A stretch of DNA of 64,000 bases from Felis catus (GCF_018350175.1 NC_058368.1:195550001-195614000), one strand, 5' to 3'; positions 1 through 11,379 are shown, counted from the stretch's first letter. Made by a program: numbers and translations. The notes: generated by a model from the letters alone, not told the origin.

Positions 1-212
1 GAAGGGGCAGGGGACCCATGAGAGCTTCTGGTTACACGGACGCGGGTGGTGGCAGTCCCCGTGCCCTGAAGGTTGGTAGCCCTGCAGGTGTAGATGCCAG
101 AGTCCCCAGCCCGGGCCTCTTCCACATGCAGGGTACTCCCTGCCTCCTGCTGTACCTGGCCCTCTTGGCGAACGACACTGGCCCACTCGCTGACGTAGGG
201 GGGTCGGCCCAG
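1..212 (-). CDS. PDGFRL-like coding exon 6 (end of third Ig domain; runs off window)
   Basis: Acceptor ttttgtccctgcag; LGRPPYVSEW...LHVEEARAGDSGIYTCRATNLQGTGTATTRVRVTRSSHGSPAP; Ig D-x-G-x-Y-x-C motif; no stop before base 1. Confidence 0.9.
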   Translation of the reverse strand, partial: MGRPPYVSEWASVVRQEGQVQQEAGSTLHVEEARAGDSGIYTCRATNLQGTGTATTRVRVTRSSHGSPAP

Positions 213-3200
213 CTGCAGGGACAAAACATAACTGTCCATCAGCTACCCCAGGTGTCATCTCTGACTTAGGCACCAGCAGGCAAGTAAGAGGTACTGTGTC
301 CCTTCAGGGAAAGGGAGAGTGACTCGCCCAAGGTCACACACATATATCAGAGCACCTGAAAGGCCAGGTTCTTTGTGGGAAATGTGGGCTTCTCAAGTCC
401 CTGGGGAGAAGCTGGGGTCTCCTACTCAAGGAGACACAGGAAGTGACTTGGCTGGGAGCAGCACCCCGCGGTGTGGGTTTTGCGGCACTCTGGTTTTGTG
501 GGGTTGTTAATGGGTGCTGCCTCCCCACAGAAGGGGAGGTGGGGTTCTATTATGAAAATTGTTTGAGAAACACTGAGTCAAGTAAAATTAAACTGGGGAG
601 ACTCCGGCCACTGAGTCTGTCACATGTGCATGTGAGTTTTGAATCTCCGAGGCAGGCGATGGTTATAAGAGGCAGTGTTTTCCTAAAAGCACTTTTTTGG
701 GAGGTTGGGGCTGGACTTTCTGGTATGCTACCATTCCAAGGAACATGTTTGAGGAAATGCTAGCACAGCGAAGCCATGTCTCGCAACCATGAGTGTGTTC
801 TTTACCGCTTGCTGGGTCTCAGTTTCCATTTTTGACAAATGGGAGGATTATCCCCCATTCGTTCCCTCCTAAGGCCTCTGGGGAGCTCACCTTCACCTTG
901 TCTTTGCTGGGTTCAGCCCACCCTCCGAGGCTTATGTCAAATCCCACTCTTTCAGGAAGGCTTTTTAAAAATTCCTGAAGTTTTCAGTGCTGGTGGATCT
1001 GCTTTTTGACCCAGGTGCTCTCCAGATGTTTGCAGGCTGTGGGGCTAAGTTCTCTGAGAGGAAGGAACATCACTATCACCTCTCCAACAACCCCTTAGGA
1101 AGGTCTGGCCCACGGCAGATGCCCAGGAGACAGTTGCTAATGTGTTTTGTTCATCTCTTATTATACACACACTGGCCACAGGGACTGAGCCCTTGCCTCG
1201 GCTCTGTTCTCATGAGATTTGGGCCAGTCTGGTCTCAACTCAAATGTCACCTCAGAGAAGACTCCTTGACTCTATCTTAAGGTGCGATCGCATCCGTCCT
1301 GTCGTATCCTCAGGGTAGCACTTAGTATTCTCTTGATGACCGTGTTCATTTGCCACTGTAAGCTTGCAGACAGCAGAAGCCATATCTCTTTTCGCCTCAT
1401 CCTTGTGGTCTCAGCACTTAGCACAGTGGCCTGTGGTGGGTGCTCCGTAATTGTTGGATAAATTAACAAAGGAACGAATTTTATACAGTAGCCTGAGAAG
1501 TAGCTCTATTTAACAAATGAGGAAACTGTGGCCCAGGAAAGGGAAGTGACTTGCCCAAGGTCACGCAGAGAAGCAGTGTCAGGTTCCTCTGAATCTCAGT
1601 CAAGCAGTGTTTCCACTCTGTCATGATCGCTCCTGATCCTCCTCCTAATTCCTCACCCCCATGCTCCTGCCCAACACACCGTCAGCGCACGCACACACAT
1701 GCACACACACACACACACGGCCTCCTCTTACCCTCGGCTTACCTTCTGCCCTGGATATTCCCAGATAAAGTCCACAGCAATGTCTGGCTCACCCAGAGCC
1801 GTGCAGGTCACACGGAAGTTCTCTCCCAGTTGGACTGATGTTGCTGAAGCTTGGATAGTGGGTTTGGGGGAGGATGACGGGTCTGCCATGGAGAAGATGG
1901 GAGAGAAATGGGAACAAACATGTTGAACTGATTGTTGGAACCATTGAATGAAATGAATGGGTGGAATGGTTAAGGTCCCAGAGGGGAATGGTTGGGGTGC
2001 TTGAATTGATAGGGGATGGGTAGATGATGGAACCGGTGATCTAATGGAGGATGGATGAATGGAATGGTTGGCTTGAGGGCAGATGGATGGATGGAATAGT
2101 GTGACATGATTGAGAATGAGTGGATGGACAGAAAGCCTGCACTGATGCAGTGTCGATCAATAGCTGGCTGACTGGCTGCCTGTCTGAACAAGATGGTTGA
2201 CTACGTGGGGTGTTCTTGAAAGCTGGTTGGTTGTTCAGCGTTCCGTGATCCACAGAACTCAAATCTGAAGTCCCTAAGAGGTATCTCTCCCCATATCCTC
2301 CCTCGCCCCCCCCACCCCAGCCCTAGGCCCACGCACACTTGATGTAGATCAGCATGTACTTGGTAGAGATTTGTCTCAAGCCACCCAGGCTGGCCAAGCA
2401 GAAGAGGGCTCCAGCCAAGGAAGCTCGGGGCCGGTGGATGGTGAAGCCCTTCTTCACGTCAAAGGAGATGTCTATCCCATCCACTGGGACTTCCTCCGGG
2501 GGGAACTCCCGATGCAGTGTCACATGGGCCAGAGGGTTGGTCACCTGGCAGGGAAGCAGGACTGGTTGATGGCTGTGCAACTGCACCACCTTATAATAAT
2601 CCTCGGTGGGGACAAAGAGCTCCTCTGGGTCTGGGAAGGAAGGAGGGAGAGAGACGAATGAGCTTGGCACAGATTAGTTGTTTCCTGATGCTCTACCACC
2701 GCCCATGAACATGAGGTCGGTCTCGGGGACTTCAAATCCCTCTTTCCCTGCCCATTCCTGCCCTGGGGTGCTTTTTCCTCTCTGGTAAGGGCTTCTAAGA
2801 CTGACAGCTGAAGACCAGCCTGCTAGTTCCAGCTTTGTCATTTTGACTGACGTTCTTGGAGACCTGACTCCGGGGCACCTGCGAAGAAGATGAAGGTCTT
2901 TCCCTGGCGGGCCTCGCCTTCTGCGCCCTCGCCATCCTGGCAGTGCTGAGCCCAGCAGCTGTATTCCCCCGTGTCCGCGCCCGTGGAGTTGACCAGCTGC
3001 AGCTGGCTGTGACGGCTGAAGTGCTTGATTCTGAAAGACAGGTGTGGGGCTGGGCCAGGGTGAGGCAGGCAGGAGACGGGGATGGCCTGGGACACCCAGT
3101 GAGCAGCGTGGAGTCGTCGGAGAGTCCCCCTCCCCAGCTTTCATCACATGGCCCACTCAGTCTTCTCCCTTCCCCACTTAGGCTGTAAGGGTTTGCTGAT

Positions 3201-6200
3201 TGCTCGCCTGTCTCTCTGGCCTCATGCACATCTTCTGATTGGCCCATCTACCCCTCACAGACCTTGTCCTTGCGTCGCAAATGGCATCGCAAACGGCATC
3301 CCCCAAACTCCTTTGTTGTCCTTGGCTCCTTCCCTGTGTCTCGCTCTTCAGGCCAGTAAACGCCCTCTAAGCGACTCTACCCCCTAAAGGAGTCAGGGTT
3401 CCAGGAAATCTCACCCTAAGAGGCTGAATTGAGAAAAGGTGGACAAATCTCCTGAACCCTTTTACGTCCCAGCCTCTGCCTGATTTTCTTCTGGACCTGG
3501 GGTGAGCGATGCTGGTGGGGCCAACTCTGCCTTCATTTCTGCCTCCCCTATGACGGCGTCCCTGACATAAGGGCATCTCAGCCCAACATTCCGGCACAGA
3601 TAGGTCAGACAGCCTGTCCCCCGTACTACTGCCACCTTTCTCCCTGCAGGCACCATTTGCTGCCCCCAGAATTGACATCCCGGATTGTGGGAAGCCATGG
3701 CTCTCATTCTGTTAAACCACTCCGCAACTGGTGGGTCTCGTGAGCCCATCTCACTGTTTCTTTCAGATGCCTGTAGTCAGAGGAGCTACTCCATCGCGTA
3801 CCTCAGGCGTTCCTTGCCCTCCTCTTCCAGGTATACAGGCACCCTCCAGTGGACCCCCTTGCCCCGGCAGCGAAGCTCCAGGGGATCCCCAGCCCGCAGG
3901 CTGAGAGAGTCCCCCACCTTCTGGAAGCGGCCCCTCCCTAACACCAGGGTCAGAATGGAGGAGGCTGGGAGGCTTGGGGCTGCAGCCTCTGTGGGAGTCT
4001 TCATCTGCAGGGTCTTCTGGCTGAGGTCTGCTTTGGGTTTTTTCCCACCTGGGGCTCCTGGGGGCTTCACGTCTCCAGGGCTGGCTGCTTTGAAGGCTGT
4101 CTTTTTCTGAGCCTTGGGAGTTCTGCCATGCTCCTGGACTTCAGCTGTGGAGAGACAGGGTGGGTTTGGGGTCACCAGCCTTCACTGTTCATCGCAAATG
4201 GGGTCCTCTCCTCACCCCCGCAGTTGATAGAACCTCAGAGCTCTGTTACCCTTTATGCTTATTACTACTACAAAGGTAATCCTCACTCTATGATAAAATA
4301 CAGACAAACCTGAGAAACAGGGTTAAATTTGCCCCAAAACTTACCATCCAGAGATAACCACCATGAGTATTTAAAGCATATTTTTCCAATTTTCCATTTT
4401 TAATGCACGTATTTTGAAGAAATGGTCAAAAAATAAAATGGAACAGGATAACACATATTTTTAATAACCTACATTTTCACTTAGTAATATGTTGTGATTA
4501 TCATTCCATGTCAATAAACATGTATACTAAAATATTCCAAACAATTTGCTTGGTATTTCATGGTAGGGATGTATGATGACTCATTTCTTCATTGTTGGGC
4601 ATTTGGGGTTTTCTGCATTCTCAGCCAAAATAGTTCTGCAATAATCATCTTACACACCTTTGATCAGATTGCTTCCTTAGAATGAGTTCCTTCGAAATGG
4701 AACTGCGGGGAGCGGGGGGGCCATGGAGAGGAACTCACACACTTTCTTATCTAAGTGGCCACCAATATTTCAAACCCTTCTAGAGCATGCTCCAAAAGAG
4801 GTCACTTAATCTGCACTTAGGTATGTCTACTGATGGGGAGCTCAGTAGTTAGCATTCTTAAATAATAAATAAATAAATGCAGTCTGGCATCTAAAAACAA
4901 AGATTCCCTAGGGAGTTATGTAAGCTACTCCAGAGCTACCACTGATGGTGCCTGCAGTGTTTCTGGGATAGCACCTGTCCCTGTCTATATATATATTTTT
5001 TATTTCATCCTCTTAATGAATGCAAAGTATTATTCTCATTTTACAGATGAGGACTTTGGGGCTCACAGAAGCTCACTTTCCCCCGGCACTGTGCCAAGGA
5101 GTGGGAGACCTGTAACTCTGACCCAGGTCAGTCTGGCTCCAGAACCCATGGTAGCCTCACCGGCAGCATATCTTTTTTAAAAAAAAATTTTTAATATGAA
5201 ATTTATTGTCAAATTGGTTTCCATACAGCACCCAGTGCTCATCCCAACAGGTGCCCTCCTCAATGCCCATCACCCACTTTCCCCTCCCTCCCACTCCCCC
5301 TTAACATTTATTTATTATTGAGAGACAGAGAGAGACAGAGCATGAGCAGGGGAGGGGCAGAGGGGGAGACACAGAATCTGAAGCAGATTCCAGGCTCTGA
5401 GCTGTCAGCACAGAGTCCGACGCGGGGCGCGAACTCATGCACCGCGAGACCATAACCTGAGCTGAAATCGAACGAACGCTTGACCGACTGAGCCACCCAG
5501 GCACCCCGGCAGCATATCTTAGGGCTGAATGGCTGTCCCTGCTAAAAAGACCTTTCAGACCCACTATCTTCAGCTCTTACCACTGATCTAACTTTTCTTC
5601 CCTGTGGAAGAGGAAGCAGTCATGTCCTGTGCCTGCCTACTACCCCAGCGTCCAACCGTCTCTTCACACAGAGAGGGCTGTGCAATTCGTACCAAGTTCT
5701 GAGGCTCTTTACTCTCCGTCCTGATAGTTCCCAGACACAATCTCTCGTCGTGCCCACTGCTTCCACCACGCCGTCCAAATCCTGGTCAGATCCCATCTAG
5801 CCTGCTGATGTAGGAACCCAACCGGTCTTCTTGCTTCCAGTCTGACACACATCACACACCTCTTCTTAAACCATCACGGTCAGGGGCGCCTGGGCGGCTC
5901 AGCCGGGTAGGCGTCCAACTCTTGATTTCCGCTCAGGTCATGATCCCACAGTTTGTGAGTTTGAGCCCCGCGTCAGGCTCTGTGCTGACAGTTCACAGTC
6001 TACTTACCCGCTCGTGCTCTCTCTCTCTCTCTCTCTTTCTCTCAAAATAAATAAATAAACTTAAAAAACCTCCCACATGATGGGTTATTTCACCAGTTCC
6101 AAAAGCCTCAGGCTACCCCATCCATCATGGGGGAGCAGGGGACAGGGGCAAGCGGTAGATATAATGTTTGGACAGCAGCAACAGAAAAGATCCCAATGGA

Positions 6201-9200
6201 GTTTAGCGATTGTCTTTTTTTTTTTTTTTAATGGCCCCAAACCACCATCATCAACACACACAGGTACCAATGGGTAAAAACAAGACAAGATAAAGAAAGA
6301 AACCAAACCACCACGTTTAAACCTGAGTCCTCTGTTTTTCACAACTGTTAAGAAAAAACTACACATCTCTTGTGTGTGTGTCATTTACGCTCACATGACT
6401 ACCACACTCACAAGACTTCTGACACCAGATTGGGGGAGGGGGTTTCCACACCAAGCAGTTCTCCGAGACACCATCTGGGTATTGCACAACTTAACTCAGG
6501 TCTAACACTATTTGCCTGGAAAGAGCATCAGACCCCCCAGCTTAAGGTCCCCAAGACTGCCCTTCCCCCCACTTCAGATGCCAATCTCAAGTCCCAGGTT
6601 GTCACTCGTGCTTCTGACCAACCAGCTATAAGTCAGGGTGCCCACGACCCCCTTGGGGGTTTGATAATTTGCTACAATGGTTCGCAGAACTCGGGGGAAC
6701 ACTTATGTTTACTGGTTTAATTATACAAGGGGATGACAAAGGGTAGAGATGAACATCCAGGTGGAAGGGGTACGTAGGACAAGGGGTGCAGGAGGAGGCG
6801 TGGAGCTTCCATGGCCCCTCCCAGTGCACCAGTCTCCCAGAACCTCCACGTGTTCAGCAACCCGGAGGCTCTCCAAACCCCACCCTTTGGGGGTTTTTAT
6901 GGAGGCTCCATCACAGAGGCACGATCCATCATCACCTCAGTTTCCAGACCCTTTCTCTCCCCCTTCTGGGGGATGCGAGGTGGCCCTGAAAGTTCCAAGC
7001 TTCTATTCATGGCTAGATCTTTCTGGTGTCCAGCCCCCACCCTGAAGCTCTCCAGGAGTCCACCGGCAGTCACCTCATTAGAACAAAAGCCACTCCTATC
7101 ACCCAGGAAATTCCAACAGATTTAGGAACTCTGTGTCAGGAACCAGGGTCAAGGGCAAATATTAGAACAAAACATGTTCCTAGTGTTCTTACCACTTAGG
7201 AAATTGCAAAGGTTTTAGGAGCCCTGTGCCAGGAACTAGGGGGCGGAGATCAATATATTGATTTTCTATTATTTCACAACGATGTAAAAGGTCTCCCTGG
7301 TGGGGACATCTATCCTGGGGGCCTTGCCTGGCCCTGGAGGGATAGGGTACCGCAATGGTTTGGGGAAGTTGTGCTAGTTTGGCAGTAGGTTTATTCTGAA
7401 TTTCTTAACACCGGAGAGCACTTAGTTCACAGACAATTTTTCCAAGTCACTGTCTGGTTTAATCCTTGCTATAGCCCAAAAAGTGTCCCCAGCAAGCATT
7501 ATCATCCCCTTTTTACAGGTTGAGAAACTAAGCCTCAGAGAGAACAGCTAGGCTCAGTATATTAATGAGGTGACCTAGAACACTGCAGTCTGGCATCTAA
7601 AACAAAGATTCTCTAAGGAGTTATCTAGGCCACTCCAGACAAGGGGTGGGGAGCCTGGGTGAGTTCATAGAAGATGGACTTTAGAGCCAATGGTTTAGAG
7701 CTAGGCTTTGAATCTTTGCTCTACTACAAGCTAGCTGTGTGACCTTGGCCAAGTCATATAATTTCTCTGAGCCCCATTTTCTTCATTTAGGAAATGGGAA
7801 CAAAAACACCTGCCTTTCAGGACTGTTATCATATTAAATGAGATTATATATGTGAAACACTGAGTGCAGTGCCTGGCTTATAACAGAAGCTCAATAAATT
7901 GCTGTTGTCAAGAATAGTGTATCATTTCCTATTGTCCCTGTAACAAATTACCACAGACTTAGTAGTTTAAAACAGCACAAATTTAGGGGCACCTGGGTGG
8001 CCTCAGACTGGGTGGCCTCAGTTGGTTAAGCCTCAGACTTCAGCTCAGATCATGATCTCATGGTTTGTGAGTTCGAGCCCTGCATCAGGCGGTCTGCTGT
8101 CAGCACAGAACCCACTTTGGATCCTCTGTCTGTCCGTCTGTCTCTCTCTCTCCTCCTAGCCTGATCTCTCTCTCTCAAAAATAAATAAACATTTAAAAAA
8201 AAAAACATCAATTTATCTATCATCTTACGATTCTGAAGGTCAGAAGTCTAAAGTGGGTCTCGCTGGCTAAAATCAAGGTGTCTGCAGAATGCAGTCCTGC
8301 AGACTCTTAGAAAATCTGTTTCCTTGCCTTTTCTGGCTTCTAGAAGCTGCCCAGATTCCTTGGCTTATGACCCCATTTATCCATCTTCAAAGCCAGCACT
8401 ATTGGATGGAATCTTCCTCGAGCCAGCACCTCCGTGGCCCTGCCTCTTCCTCTGAGTCCCTTCTGTACTTTCAAGGAGGCTTTTTTTTTTTTAATTTTTT
8501 TTTAATGTTTATTTATTTTTGAGACAGAGAGAGACACAGCATGAACAGGGAGGGCGCAGAGAGAGAGGGAGACACAGAATGTGAAGCAGGCTCCAGGCTC
8601 TGAGCTGTCAGCACAGAGCCCGACGCGGGGCTCGAACTCACGAACTGTGAGATCGTGACCTGAGCTGAAGTCAGATGCTTAACCGACTGAGCCACCCAGG
8701 CACCCCTTGGGATTACATTGGGCCACCTGAATGAATGGATAATCAGGACCACTTCCCTATGTTAAGGTCAATTGATTCCCAACCTTGATTCCATTTCCAG
8801 CCTTAATGCCTCTTTGCCTTGTAAGGTTCTGGGGATAAGGACGGAGACACCTCGGGAGGCTGTTTTTCTGCCTACCACAAATAGTAAACTTTTTCAAATG
8901 CAAATGTAAAGCCAAGGCTTTCAAAGCCAGACTTCCATAGAGTCCTTCCAGGAAGCAGAAGCAAGCCAATCAGAGGGCAGGATAAGAGAGGGTGTGGGGT
9001 ACCTGCTGGTTCTCTGATCGCCCTCATTGATAGGCTGTCGTTAGAGCAGCCGGCTGGAGGTATCTCTGGGTTCTGTGTCTGGCATCCTATTTGATCTGGA
9101 TGATCTGGAGTTGAAATCTAATCATGGGCTGGGTTAGAGTGCTCCCCCCCCCCCCCAGCTGGGGCTGTGCTGGCAGAATCAGGGCCCCAAAGGACCTCCA

Positions 9201-9793
9201 GGAGGGTGCTGCAAACACATCTTCCTCAGGAGAGGCTCCACCTCCCAGCATGAGCACCGCTGGGCTGTGGGGGAAGTGGCTCTCTGGGAGCCATCTAGAC
9301 ATCCTTAGCTTTGCAGCTTCTGGGTTTGCCAAGCCAACAAGTCACCCAGGAAAAGTCGTGAAGATGTCAAGTCATGTCTCGGGACCTGGGGGTGATGACA
9401 ACGATCTGAGCTGAAAAGTACCGGGCACCCGGGAGCTGTGCAGGTTGTTTCCCGTACCTTAGGTCACGTAACACACAGGGGTGTGGAAGGGGTTTGCAAG
9501 ATCACGCAGTCCATCCTTGTCATTGTGCAGATGGGGGAGCTGAGCTCAGAGAGGAGACCCTGCCGAGGCGGCACAGACAGTCCATGGATAAGCTGAGCTT
9601 AGGGGTTCCAGTGCTCACTGTCCCCGTCCCCACCATGCTGTGAACAGGGTACTCCTGGGAAAGGCAGAGACAAGGAGGGGGGGGGGGGTCTCAGGACCCC
9701 CAGGGAATAAAAAGATTCGAGATTGATGTCCATACCTGAAATGACACAGATGAGCAGGCACCAGGACAGCCAGCAGCAGGCTCGGGGGACCAT
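1..9793 (-). CDS. PDGFRL-like secreted Ig-domain protein (divergent PDGFRL paralog); join of 9736-9793, 3802-4144, 2879-3030, 2337-2630, 1743-1882, <1-212; 3'-partial
   Basis: Six exons with GT-AG boundaries and compatible phases (1,2,1,1,0) splice into an open frame of about 399 codons. It has a signal peptide, a basic N-terminal region, then PDGFRL-type motifs GRFQK..LSL.AG..ELRC, LVNST.ADTGE.SCW, ELFVP, VTLHREFP, GEPD..V.F.W..PGQK and D.G.Y.C.A.NLQG. Confidence 0.9.
1743..1882 (-). CDS. PDGFRL-like coding exon 5
   Basis: Not in the ORF track; translated by hand as YPSSSPKPTIQASATSVQLGENFRVTCTALGEPDIAVDFIWEYPGQK; acceptor catggcag, donor AAG|gtaagc, 140 nt. Confidence 0.92.
2337..2630 (-). 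CDS. PDGFRL-like coding exon 4 (second Ig-like domain)
   Basis: Acceptor tccttcccag, donor T|gtgcgt, 294 nt; DPEELFVPTEDYY...LPCQVTNPLAHVTLHREFP...RQISTKYMLIYIK. Confidence 0.92.
2879..3030 (-). CDS. PDGFRL-like coding exon 3
   Basis: Acceptor tgtctttcag, donor CAG|gtgccc, 152 nt; IKHFSRHSQLQLVNSTGADTGEYSCWAQHC...GKTFIFFA. Confidence 0.92.
3802..4144 (-). CDS. PDGFRL-like coding exon 2 (K/P/A-rich segment and start of first Ig domain)
   Basis: Acceptor ctctccacag, donor AG|gtacgc; AEVQEHG...GRGRFQKVGDSLSLRAGDPLELRCRGKGVHWRVPVYLEEEGKERLR. Confidence 0.9.
5175..5300 (-). mobile_element. Feline-type L1 3'-end fragment joined to a SINEC tail
   Basis: aatatgaaatttattgtcaaattggtttccatacagcacccagtgctcatccc is the characteristic reverse-complement end of young cat L1. 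Confidence 0.8.
5301..5507 (-). mobile_element. SINEC (CAN-SINE)
   Basis: tRNA-derived head, (CT)n and A-tail on the minus strand. Confidence 0.92.
5883..6068 (+). mobile_element. SINEC with internal deletion
   Basis: ggggcgcctgggcggctcag head, (CT)n, aataaa tail. Confidence 0.88.
6385..7278 (-). mobile_element. MER21-like solo LTR
   Basis: Minus strand begins tgtgaaataatag...gttcctggcacagggctcctaaaacc and has tggtgtcagaag near its end; internal sub-repeat; family recognised from memory. Confidence 0.65.
7918..8879. mobile_element. MLT1 (MaLR) LTR interrupted by two SINECs (7986-8205 +, 8481-8706 -)
   Basis: tgtatcatttcctattg..gtaacaaattaccaca start and ttctgcctaccaca end, typical of MLT1. 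Confidence 0.75.
9736..9793 (-). CDS. PDGFRL-like coding exon 1 (signal peptide MVPRACCWLSWCLLICVIS)
   Basis: ATG at 9793, hydrophobic 19 aa, donor CAG|gtatgg; phase 1 joins exon 2 in frame. Confidence 0.8.
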
Positions 9794-10229
9794 TGTGCAG
9801 AGAACTAGAGCCAAGGTGATGTGGCACAGAGACTGCAGGAGAGAAACTGCTGGGGCTGTGTGAGCAGGGAAGTGGCCAGGGACGAGGGATGGGGGCGGCG
9901 GGGGGGGGGGGGAGGGGGGGAGAAGCGAGGGGGACTGATTTCAATGGTAAATCAAAGTCCTGGCTTCTCTAGGACTCCAAACAAAATTCCTTTCTCTGGG
10001 TTCCCCCCGCCAAGGTGAATGGAGCTATTCAGAGCCCTGCTCAGGAAAAAAACAATTGTGCAGCCAGGAGGGGAGTGTCCTCAAGGGCAGACGGGGAGAG
10101 CTGGGAGGCAGCCGGAGGGGCCGCTGAAGGTCACAGAAGGGTCATGACAGGGCCTGAAGGACAGGACTACTTGAGGACACAGCAGGTGAGTGTGGCAAGG
10201 AGGGGGTGAGGCCTGAACCAGACCTAAAG

Positions 10230-10608
10230 CAGGGGCTGGCACGGCCAAAGCCGTGGGCTGCAGCCCACTTCTCCACAGCCCTGAGCAAAGAATAGCTTCA
10301 CATTGAAAACAATATACATATGGAACCCTTCACGAGTCCCAGTTTCAAGTGTACACGCAGCCAAAGTAGGCACTTCTCATTTTTAAATGGCTAAAAATCC
10401 ATATTTGGCGATACACGAAAATGATGTAAAAGTCAAATTTCAGTGTCCGTGAATCAAGCAGTATTGGAAAACGGCCACACTCACTCCGGTACGTACTGTC
10501 TGAGGCTGCTTTTATACCACCACCCAGCTGTGTACAGAGACGCGTGGCCCACAGAGCCCAAAATATTTACCGTCTGGCCCGTTGCAGAAAACGTTGGTCA
10601 ACTCTTGC
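10230..10608. mobile_element. MER58-like hAT-Charlie DNA transposon remnant
   Basis: caaatttcagtgtcc, tggccca...aaaatatttac..tctggccc..tgcagaaaa motifs. Confidence 0.6.
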
Positions 10609-10643
10609 TCTAAAGGTTGGTATTTATAAAAAATAATTTTCTG

Positions 10644-10859
10644 GGGGCGCCTGGATGGCTTAGTCGGTTATGCGTCCGACTTCGGCTCAGGTCATGATCT
10701 CACAGTCCGTGGGTTCGAGCCCCGCGTTGGGCTCTGTGCTGACAGTTCAGAGCCTGGAGCCTGCTTCAGATTCTGTGTCTCCCTCTCTCTCTGCCCCTCC
10801 CCGGCTCGCACTCTGCCTCTCTCGCTCTCTCTCTCAAAAATTAATAAACATTAAAAAAA
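10644..10859 (+). mobile_element. SINEC
   Basis: Consensus head and tail, TSD aaaaataattttct. Confidence 0.92.
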
Positions 10860-11379
10860 TAATTTTCTGAACTAAAAAGATGTAAATAAGATTCATTCTC
10901 AAAAAATATTCCACGTGAAGCTTAAGTTCCCTTTGACCCTCCTTCCCACTCCCCCCCCCCCCCGCTTTCCTCAGGGGTTACCACCTGGGTGTGTGTTCTA
11001 GATCTTTTTCTGCATTGACATAAGTATATGTGTATCCACAGGGAAACGAAGGATTGTTTTGTGAATTTGTTTTTCTGTAGATGGTTTTACACCGCAAATA
11101 GTTTTCTTAAACTTGCTTTTTTCTGAACTCAACAATGTTCCGTGTCCCCCTATATGGACCTACCTTTTAAAGCGCTATGCTAATATACCTATACTTTTTA
11201 AAGCGCTACATAATATTCTATGGCTTGGCTCTCCTGTTTACTATTCCCTTAGGAGAGGACATGTAACCTGGTTCCATTTTTGCTATTGGAAACAATGCTA
11301 CAAAGAGCAAGAACTAGCCCTTCAAGGCTCAAATAGCTACATTTCCTTGAAGAAAATGCTTGTTAAATGAAAGAATGGT

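Noticed and set aside
1920..2240. Degenerate (TGGA/TGAA)n-rich tract in a PDGFRL-like intron
   Set aside because: Decayed simple repeat with no regular spacer structure
1..9793. Calling the minus-strand gene PDGFRL itself, PDGFRB, or a pseudogene
   Set aside because: Too divergent for a PDGFRL ortholog and in the wrong neighbourhood; no kinase or TM exons seen; no frameshift or stop, and all splice sites are canonical
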